From IMG/VR virus record IMGVR_UViG_3300009776_000631: a stretch of DNA of 23,789 nucleotides, one strand, 5' to 3'. The DNA is from a virus. The notes beneath the pieces are model-generated. The model ran no database searches and had not been told where the DNA came from. It saw only the letters and a program-made list of their open reading frames with translations. Made by a program: the position numbers and the translations under genes. This document shows positions 1-6,358 of this stretch, piece after piece. Numbering within the stretch: the stretch's first letter is position 1; each line of letters opens with the position of its first letter.

Positions 1-867
1 CGCTGCGTTGGTGGCTGTCAGGTTCGCCAGATACGTGCCGGTTGACAGGTACGTGTGCACGGGGTTCTGTACCGTTGAATTGGTGCTGTTGCCATCCCCG
101 AAGTCCCAGAGCCAGCTTGTCGGAGTGTTGGTGCTGGTGTCGGTGAAGGTGACGGTGAGAGGAGCGGTGCCGTTCGTTGGAGTGGCGGTGAACTCTGGTA
201 CTGGCGGCTGTTCGTAGGTCACGAGGACACGCCCGGCGTACTGCGCTCCGGCCTCCGCTGTACGGAATATCAGTAGCGACTGGCATCCGGATCCCCATTC
301 GGGTTCAGCGTTCATTATGTCGCTGTCAAGAAGGATCGCAAACCCGATATCTCCACTTGAAGGGATTGCTGTGAGATTCGTGATGTGGAAGGTATTGTTT
401 CCGGTTGAGACTGAAGACAGGATCCGGCTGTCGGACGCATTGGCGAAATCAAAGTTGTCATAATCGTCAGGCGAGATCGCGCCGTCAACATGAAACATGA
501 CGACGTTTATCCAGGCGTCCCTAAGGGTAGTCGTTGCTGCCGAGTTCACGTTTACGATCAGGTCCAGAGCCGTAATCGTCGCGTCACTTGGAATGACTGC
601 AGGATCCCTCTGGAAAATCCAGATCGGACGGTAATACCGATACCATTTCCCGGTTTTTAAGTCTCCTGATACCCAGGCATTACTTGTCGTCCCGGTCGCC
701 CCGCCGGTAGTAGCTGTAGAGTTGTCCCTATCCTGCGTCCACGTCAGGTTATGGACGTTCATGCCAAGCTGCCCATCGCTTGATTCATTGACGACAACTG
801 TTACCGTTGTTGCACTTACACCAGAAATCAGGAAAAAGAGGAGAAGTGCTAAAAGAACTCGTCTCAT
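1..867 (-). CDS. Secreted PKD-domain surface protein (partial, runs off window start; not in ORF track)
   Basis: Manual translation from ATG 867 (ATGA overlap with upstream stop): MRRVLLALLLFLISGVSATT signal peptide, open to base 1, with PKD motif PEFTATPTNGTAPLTVTFTDTSTNTPTSWLWDFGDGNSTNSTVQNPVHTY; many N-x-S/T sequons. Confidence 0.9.
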   Translation of the reverse strand, partial: MRRVLLALLLFFLISGVSATTVTVVVNESSDGQLGMNVHNLTWTQDRDNSTATTGGATGTTSNAWVSGDLKTGKWYRYYRPIWIFQRDPAVIPSDATITALDLIVNVNSAATTTLRDAWINVVMFHVDGAISPDDYDNFDFANASDSRILSSVSTGNNTFHITNLTAIPSSGDIGFAILLDSDIMNAEPEWGSGCQSLLIFRTAEAGAQYAGRVLVTYEQPPVPEFTATPTNGTAPLTVTFTDTSTNTPTSWLWDFGDGNSTNSTVQNPVHTYLSTGTYLANLTATNAA

Positions 868-1154
868 GTATCACCAAACCTTGCAAAGACAACTCTGTGC
901 GTCTGATTGCATCCGAAGCTATTACAGCTTTCAAGATTGACAATGAAATATCCGGGACTACGATAGTTGTGTGTTGCTGATAGAGACGTTGAATTCGCGG
1001 TCATATCCCCCCATGACCAGTTCCTCCGAGTAATTGATCCGGAAGAAGTGTCGTTAACGTAGACTCCCTGCGGGATCGTGACGTAGTTCCTGGAGATCGA
1101 GAGCAGACACAGCGCTACCAGCAGGATCAGGATTATGCTGCGGTGTGGGGTCAT
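864..1154 (-). CDS. Small secreted protein with single PKD-like domain
   Basis: Hydrophobic N-terminus IILILLVALCLLSI; PKD-like WSWGD...THNYRSPGYFIVNL; overlaps neighbours by 4 nt on both sides. Confidence 0.75.
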   Translation of the reverse strand: MTPHRSIILILLVALCLLSISRNYVTIPQGVYVNDTSSGSITRRNWSWGDMTANSTSLSATHNYRSPGYFIVNLESCNSFGCNQTHRVVFARFGDT

Positions 1155-2185
1155 GGGAGGACTACCCCCAGATTCCCGACCCGCAGCCTGTCAGCCGGGA
1201 TGCCGATCAGGTTGTTCTTGATCACTGCTTTGTCGAGCGTCGCCTTCTGGGTAACCTTCACCGGCGGCGTCCAGTCGGTTGACCATTCAAAAACGTTGTT
1301 GTAAATCCAGATCCCATATTCAGGAGGTGTGCCTCGGATGGCGATATCAAAGTTGGCGTCCTGCGTCCCGTTCGCGGAAAGGAACGTGTTGTGGTGGATC
1401 TTGTAGGAATACCCGGAATACGGCAGCGCTAGCGGGTTGTTGTGGACGTCGATATGGTGAGAGGAGGGGTCGTCGTGCCCCAGGATCACGTTATACCGCG
1501 CTTCGTACCGTTCCCCGACCTTCCCGGCGCCGGTGATGGAATGCCCATTGTAATCGAAGATATTGGCTTCAATCAGGGCGTTGCCGCCCGAAACAGCGAT
1601 GCCGTAGCCGTTCCCGATGCCGTAATTGTCATGGACGAAGTTGTGATGAGCCCAAAGGGTGCCTGTCGTCAGAATGCCACCGTAGGTGAACCCCCGGATC
1701 TCGCAGTTGTCAACCTCTAAATTCCCGTACGAGCGGATCCCGACCATGTTGAACGCTGACGGGATGGCGAAATTGAACTTCCCCGCCATGGGGCCCTGGA
1801 GCCTGATGCCGGTAACCCTCGCGCCATCGTTCGCATGAAAGAGGATGTTATAGGCGCTTCCCGTCGAACTGTCCCGCTTGATGAGAGCGCCTTCAGATCC
1901 ATCCGCCCCCCGATTACTGGCGAGCGTGACGCCCGCGGGAATGGTGAGTTTCGGGGTGCCCGTCAGGTCTATGGTCGCGCTCCCTTCGATGAAGATGGCA
2001 TCTCCGGGCTTGGCGCCTTTCAGTGCAGTAACAAGGTCCTCTTTTGTCTCCACAAGATACCGGACGATCGGGTCTTCCCGCAGGATCGTTTTTCGGTAAT
2101 CGTTTCCGCCCCCGACCGGGCTCCCGGTAGGGTTGCAATCCGCACCGTAACGGCAGTCTGTAATCACTGTTGTATCCTTATCCAT
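1151..2185 (-). CDS. Right-handed parallel beta-helix (pectin lyase-like) protein
   Basis: Repeated beta-helix strings EVDNCEIRGF, WAHHNFVHDN, LIEANIFDYN, IHHNTF, IYNNVF; N-terminal AKPGDAIFI motif; no obvious signal peptide. Confidence 0.85.
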   Translation of the reverse strand: MDKDTTVITDCRYGADCNPTGSPVGGGNDYRKTILREDPIVRYLVETKEDLVTALKGAKPGDAIFIEGSATIDLTGTPKLTIPAGVTLASNRGADGSEGALIKRDSSTGSAYNILFHANDGARVTGIRLQGPMAGKFNFAIPSAFNMVGIRSYGNLEVDNCEIRGFTYGGILTTGTLWAHHNFVHDNYGIGNGYGIAVSGGNALIEANIFDYNGHSITGAGKVGERYEARYNVILGHDDPSSHHIDVHNNPLALPYSGYSYKIHHNTFLSANGTQDANFDIAIRGTPPEYGIWIYNNVFEWSTDWTPPVKVTQKATLDKAVIKNNLIGIPADRLRVGNLGVVLP

Positions 2186-2188
2186 AAG

Positions 2189-2505
2189 CGCCGCTTGGGG
2201 AGTCGAACCCGCTTACTGACCCGAAAGTGTGGCTGACAGGTCAGGCCCGGCCGACGGGCGTGGGCGGCATGATGTTCCCTGCCTGGAGAGATCGATGAGA
2301 TTTCCAGTTCGTAGAGACGTGTATGTACCGGGGTTGAACAAACGCGAACGTTGAGAGGAAGCTGCTGTTCGGTCTATTGGTGCGATACCTGTCTCTCCGG
2401 CAGGGTGATCGGGCCGGGCGGATTGAACCGCACCTTTGACAGGCTTCGCTCCGTGCCGCAGGACAGTGTGCAGACGGCAGGCGAACGCAGGCCCGGGGGC
2501 GATCA
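2189..2505 (-). ncRNA. Candidate structured ncRNA with tRNA-like 3' domain
   Basis: Three abutting stem-closed domains (2406-2505, 2277-2405, 2189-2269), a UUCG-loop hairpin and two T-loop-like hairpins found by manual pairing; see findings. Confidence 0.45.
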
Positions 2506-2601
2506 TGGCTGCGGTACGTTGAGGCGGATCCAGATCAGGGCGGTGGCTATCAGAACAGCGGCACCCCCGGCGATCAGGAAGAGTTTTGCCTCGTAGCTCA
2601 T
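2503..2601 (-). CDS. 32-aa single-TM membrane peptide
   Basis: MSYEAKLFLIAGGAAVLIATALIWIRLNVPQP; ATG 7 nt after the upstream stop; longer ORF-track version overlaps the upstream gene. Confidence 0.6.
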   Translation of the reverse strand: MSYEAKLFLIAGGAAVLIATALIWIRLNVPQP

Positions 2602-2608
2602 GGCCGGC

Positions 2609-3310
2609 CTATTGGGATTGCACCTCGATCTCGCAGCAGCGGCCGGTGGTGGCAGTGTTAAACTCCTGGACCGTTCCGTCTGCCTGGACGACCCGGAAGA
2701 GCGGATAGAAGGACTTGCCGGTATATTTCGAGTCGCCCTTAACGTAGGTGTAGGTGTGCGAGAGCGGGGCGATGCCGGTCTTTTCTTCAACCTTGGCGGT
2801 TTCAACAGGCGATCCGTCCTGCCAGTCGACCTGGAGGGTGGCCCGGGTCTTGGCATCGGAGTTCATGCCGACAACGGCCTGCAGGTTGGCAGCGAAGGGG
2901 GAGAGGCCGGCGTTGAAGGCTGGCGTGACGGTGAACCCGACGCTCCATTTCTCCTCTTCCTTGGGGGCTGTGATGGCGGCTGCGGCCGTGGCTGTAGCTG
3001 TCGTTTTGGGCTTCAGGATATACTGGTTGATCAGCCCGAAGATGACGGTTGCGCCAAGGGTGATAAGAGCCCGGCTTTCAGGGATCCCCGCTTCAATCTG
3101 GGTGAAGATCGTTGTCAGTTCCGGGACGGTACCTGTTGAGATATACGCTGCGAGCGCGAGGAGGACCCCGTACCCGAGCGTGCGGGCGAATTTGTCCCAG
3201 TCGAATGTTTCCCCGCTTTCCGACTGAACTTTTCGGTAGACATACCCTATGAGGGAGAAGATGAACGCCCCCCCGAGGATGACAAGACTGATTGCGAGCT
3301 GTGTGTCCAT
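2609..3310 (-). CDS. Membrane protein, about 3 TM helices plus C-terminal PKD-like domain (possible holin-like/lysis-region gene)
   Basis: Hydrophobic segments LAISLVILGGAFIFSLIGYV, TLGYGVLLALAAYIS, ALITLGATVIFGLI; C-terminal LQVDWQDGS...LSHTYTY. Start could be 3322 or 3310. The holin role is inference from position only. Confidence 0.7.
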   Translation of the reverse strand: MDTQLAISLVILGGAFIFSLIGYVYRKVQSESGETFDWDKFARTLGYGVLLALAAYISTGTVPELTTIFTQIEAGIPESRALITLGATVIFGLINQYILKPKTTATATAAAAITAPKEEEKWSVGFTVTPAFNAGLSPFAANLQAVVGMNSDAKTRATLQVDWQDGSPVETAKVEEKTGIAPLSHTYTYVKGDSKYTGKSFYPLFRVVQADGTVQEFNTATTGRCCEIEVQSQ

Positions 3311-3369
3311 TTTCCAAAACATCTCCCGCCCGCTCTCCGGGCAGTGGTATGCGGGAAAAATAGGGGATA

Positions 3370-3468
3370 GGGGGTTATGCGGTTTTAGAACGGGCAGAGA
3401 AGGCAGGGAATACAGAGAATACAGAAAAGCGCGATTGTCCGGAAAAGCGGGGAAATCGGGGGGTTATG
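3370..3468 (+). repeat. Cluster of short direct repeats in purine-rich intergenic region
   Basis: GGGGGTTATG at 3370-3379 and 3459-3468; tandem GAATACAGA at 3408-3416 and 3417-3425; GAAAAGCG at 3424-3431 and 3442-3449. Confidence 0.6.
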
Positions 3469-3877
3469 GGCAGCCCTCGCGCTTTGTTTTTGTTATCGGA
3501 AGGTTGCCAGCTGCAAATTCCGTGACCTCATCAACGGTTGATTTTACTAGCTTTCGGAGATACTCAGAATCGCGGTGAATGTTGATCTTCATCTCACCGC
3601 ACAGAATACAACACATGCGGGGATGAAGAACCATCGCGGTGATCGTGGTGTTCCCCTCAGAATCTACGCAATCTTTTTGATATTCTTCATCAAACTCCAA
3701 ATCATCAAGGGTAGTATAACTCCCATGTACTCCGCTTGTCGAAAGAAAACACCAGTTCATTTCGTCGGCTTTCCCATCGGGGAATAAGGTTTTTAGATCC
3801 TCAATGGTTTGAAGCGCACGGAAAACGTGATAGTGTTTTGTTTCCGCCCAGTTACCTGCTGCGTCTTTTATCGTTCT
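3464..3877 (-). CDS. Hypothetical viral protein; frame is open 39 codons upstream of the tracked ATG (3760)
   Basis: Stop-free frame from 3877 (RTIKDAAGNWAETKHYHVFRALQTIEDLKTLFPDGKADE-MNWCFLSTSGVHGSY); true start unresolved. Confidence 0.55.
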   Translation of the reverse strand, partial: RTIKDAAGNWAETKHYHVFRALQTIEDLKTLFPDGKADEMNWCFLSTSGVHGSYTTLDDLEFDEEYQKDCVDSEGNTTITAMVLHPRMCCILCGEMKINIHRDSEYLRKLVKSTVDEVTEFAAGNLPITKTKREGCP

Positions 3878-4120
3878 TCATTCCTCCGCGCCGGGTACAA
3901 ATTCCCCATATTCAGTATGGCACACTACATTTTCTTTCGAGACTGTTATTTTACGCTCTCTATTATATAGTTCGTAGAGCTTGCCGTCGAATGCGAGAAC
4001 ATCCCCGATGAATGTCCCCCCACTTTCAAATAGGACCAACACGCGCTCTCCAATACGAAATTCCCGGTCTTCCCGCGGGATTTCACTGAGCGGGGTCCAC
4101 TTTGCCACTCTGAACTTCAT
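3878..4120 (-). CDS. Hypothetical protein (small beta-rich)
   Basis: MKFRVAKWTP start preceded by GGGGTGA RBS; EFRIGERVLVLF resembles SH3/KOW-like strands. Confidence 0.7.
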   Translation of the reverse strand: MKFRVAKWTPLSEIPREDREFRIGERVLVLFESGGTFIGDVLAFDGKLYELYNRERKITVSKENVVCHTEYGEFVPGAEE

Positions 4121-4219
4121 TTTTATCACCCCTCGTTCTCATTGAATGGTGCCTGTCATACAGGAGCCACTTTCTTTTTACCTTTGTTGTATAGATGAAT
4201 CTCATTTGTTATCGCCGCC

Positions 4220-4510
4220 TCACACCTTCGCTTTCCCGTTTCTCTTTGCCAGCTCATCAACCTTCGGCAGCACACCCTCGTCCCGCAGCATCTGAAGGCA
4301 CACCGGGCAGAGTTCCGGATCGTCGAGGTGCTGCATGATATCAAAGTCCTGCAGCTGGTAGAGCATGTGCCCGTGACCTCCGTGCGGTCCCCGGCATTTC
4401 CGGCGTTTCGCCTTGCCCTGCTCGACGAAGTTGTGGATATGCCGCCGTTCTTTCGGCCCGGTGACATCGCCACGGCACCGGCCCCAGATGAGTTCGCGCT
4501 CTTCTTTCAA
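4220..4510 (-). CDS. Hypothetical protein with CPVC motif
   Basis: TTG start overlapping upstream TGA (TTGA); C-terminal part of the 174-aa tracked ORF. Confidence 0.6.
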   Translation of the reverse strand: MKEERELIWGRCRGDVTGPKERRHIHNFVEQGKAKRRKCRGPHGGHGHMLYQLQDFDIMQHLDDPELCPVCLQMLRDEGVLPKVDELAKRNGKAKV

Positions 4511-4719
4511 TCCACCACCCTCCGCAGATAAAATTCCGTGGCCGGTCGCTCCAGGCTGCCATTGCTGGTGAGGAGGAGGGCGATCCGGGGATCCTTCGCG
4601 AATGCCTCCTCCACCATCATCCGGACCAGCGGGAAGTTCGTGATCGCGGGCCGCATCGGGTCGAGCGGGACCGAATGCTCCGGGGGGGCCCGGGGCGTGA
4701 AGTCGTCCAGGGTTGTCAC
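4507..4719 (-). CDS. Hypothetical protein (70 aa)
   Basis: GTG start overlapping upstream stop (GTGA); MTTLDDFTPRAPPEH. Confidence 0.65.
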   Translation of the reverse strand: MTTLDDFTPRAPPEHSVPLDPMRPAITNFPLVRMMVEEAFAKDPRIALLLTSNGSLERPATEFYLRRVVD

Positions 4720-4895
4720 GGCCCCGCCTCTTTTTCCGGCGCATTCCCCTCGACCCACGTCCGGACGGCGAGGATCTGCATCGGCGTGAGGGTCGTGCAG
4801 GTCACATACGCGTCATAGAGGTAGAGGGGGCACCGGCCGGTTTTGCCGCAGTCCGGCTTGGTGGGATCGTGGTACGGGCAGGGGGCGAGGGTCAT
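4716..4895 (-). CDS. 59-aa Cys-rich hypothetical protein (not in ORF track)
   Basis: Manual translation MTLAPCPYHDPTKPDCGKTGRCPLYLYDAYVTCTTLTPMQILAVRTWVEGNAPEKEAGP; 4-nt overlaps on both sides. Confidence 0.7.
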   Translation of the reverse strand: MTLAPCPYHDPTKPDCGKTGRCPLYLYDAYVTCTTLTPMQILAVRTWVEGNAPEKEAGP

Positions 4896-5161
4896 AACGA
4901 TCTCCAGCAGTTCCTCTGCACCGGGACCTCAACCCGATCGCGGCATTCCCGGAGGCCCGGGCAGGTCCAGCAGAACGGCGGATCGTTCCGGAGCCGGAAG
5001 ACCCGGACGAACGCGGGCTCGTGGACGTGCTGCAGCTCGTGGTCGATGATGAAGATCTGGTCTTCAGCAGTCCGGATCTGATGGAGCAGGTGGTCCCTGC
5101 GGGCCTGGAGGCAGACACGGAGGAGGTTGCTGTCCTGGATGTCTGCGGTGCAGCCGGTCAC
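4892..5161 (-). CDS. Hypothetical protein with CxxC...C motif
   Basis: ATGA-coupled; short coiled coil then FCWTCPGLREC. Confidence 0.7.
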   Translation of the reverse strand: MTGCTADIQDSNLLRVCLQARRDHLLHQIRTAEDQIFIIDHELQHVHEPAFVRVFRLRNDPPFCWTCPGLRECRDRVEVPVQRNCWRSL

Positions 5162-5622
5162 TCGGCGGCCCCCTTGCCTTTCTTCCTGGCCTTCGCTGCT
5201 TTGATGATGTCTTCGGGCGGGATCCCGGTCCGGGCCGATACCTCCATGGTCTTCCGGGCGAGTTCCAGGGTCTTCATGTCGGTTTCAATCGGGGGGTTGT
5301 CGCCGTAGATGACCGTCAGCTTGGTGTCGTCCTCTCCTGTCGATGCCCCGGCCTCGAAGTCAGTCAGTGTATGATTGATGGGGCCGGATACATCGAAGGT
5401 GCAGGAGAGCGTGTATTTGACCAGTTGCACCCCGCACCGGGCGATGCCGAACTCTTCGGACATCTTCCGCCGGACCCTTTCCGTGAGCTCATCCATCATC
5501 TGGACGATATCGCCGGATCCTTCGGCCGTGATGCCGAGTTGCTTGACCGAGATCGTATATTCCGGGACGTCTGGCTTGACGTCCGGATCGAACTTGATCG
5601 TGCCCTTGGTTTCAAGCGACAT
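5158..5622 (-). CDS. Hypothetical protein (weak HicB-like segment)
   Basis: ATG 5622 directly after the PCNA stop; YTISVKQLGITAEGSGDIVQMMDEL loosely resembles the HicB fold. Confidence 0.65.
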   Translation of the reverse strand: MSLETKGTIKFDPDVKPDVPEYTISVKQLGITAEGSGDIVQMMDELTERVRRKMSEEFGIARCGVQLVKYTLSCTFDVSGPINHTLTDFEAGASTGEDDTKLTVIYGDNPPIETDMKTLELARKTMEVSARTGIPPEDIIKAAKARKKGKGAAE

Positions 5623-5623
5623 G

Positions 5624-6358
5624 TTACGGTCCCTCCTTTGCATCAATTCTCGGGGCGAGCAGGAATTCTACACTCATGCCCTCGACCGTGCACGCGAACT
5701 TAATCGGGTGATCAGTCGACAAACTGACCGTGATATCCCCGCTGGCGCCTTTCAGCACCCGGGCGATGTCCTTCAGGTAGTCGAGAGAGAACAGGGAGGT
5801 GAACCATTCGGATGTGTCCTTGACAGCCTTGCCTTCGATCTCCTTCTTCAGGTGATCCGTGTCGCCTTCCGTCTCGAACTTGAGGGTGCCGCCCTTCGCG
5901 CTGATGGTTACCTTGTCGTTGATCAGCGCCATGGCTTTGATGACCTCGTTCAGTTCTCCGGCGGGGATCTCAAGGACGGCCGGCAGCTGGATGTTCGGCG
6001 GGTTCGGGTCCTTCCGGATCGTGTTGACGTCCAGGAGCATGTTGCCGTAGTTGTACCGGCCGTCGCTCATCTGGATCCGGTTGCCGTTCTCGGCGATGGT
6101 GACCTGCCCGGTCTTGTCGAGGATGTTGAGCGCGGTTTTGGTCTTGCCGATGTCGAGCCCCATAACCTTGAGCCCTTCCCCGTCGCTCTTGTATTCCGCG
6201 AACGCTTCCTTGGGCAGCCGGGCGCTGACCATCGCGACGTTGGCGGTGTCGACCGCCCGGGTTTCGAGTCCTCCATCTTTCAGCCATACACGGCATTCCG
6301 GCGCGAGTGCGGCCACTGCGTCGATGAATGCCAGCAGTTTCTTGTGATCGATCTTCAT
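5624..6358 (-). CDS. pcn: DNA polymerase sliding clamp PCNA (paralog 1, close to canonical)
   Basis: 244 aa; archaeal PCNA motifs RAVDTANVAMV, GLDI, LLDVNTIRKDPNPP, SLFSLDYLKD, TDHPI, LLAPRI. Confidence 0.95.
   Translation of the reverse strand: MKIDHKKLLAFIDAVAALAPECRVWLKDGGLETRAVDTANVAMVSARLPKEAFAEYKSDGEGLKVMGLDIGKTKTALNILDKTGQVTIAENGNRIQMSDGRYNYGNMLLDVNTIRKDPNPPNIQLPAVLEIPAGELNEVIKAMALINDKVTISAKGGTLKFETEGDTDHLKKEIEGKAVKDTSEWFTSLFSLDYLKDIARVLKGASGDITVSLSTDHPIKFACTVEGMSVEFLLAPRIDAKEGP

Noticed and set aside
2189-2269. Functional intron-containing tRNA-Asp(GTC)
   Set aside because: T-stem has only 3 of 5 pairs, the D-arm is non-canonical, and the extra loop sequence cannot form a bulge-helix-bulge with positions 32-35.
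2189-2505. RNase P or SRP RNA
   Set aside because: Similar size, but no GAGGAAAGUCC-type CR-I motif or SRP helix-8 motif was found on either strand.
2213-2506. 97-aa ORF with ATGA coupling
   Set aside because: Pro/Arg/Ala-rich with no recognisable motif, and it coincides with dense base-pairing better explained as RNA; kept only as the alternative hypothesis.
3323-3468. CRISPR mini-array
   Set aside because: Repeats are only 8-10 bp, of three different kinds and irregularly spaced.
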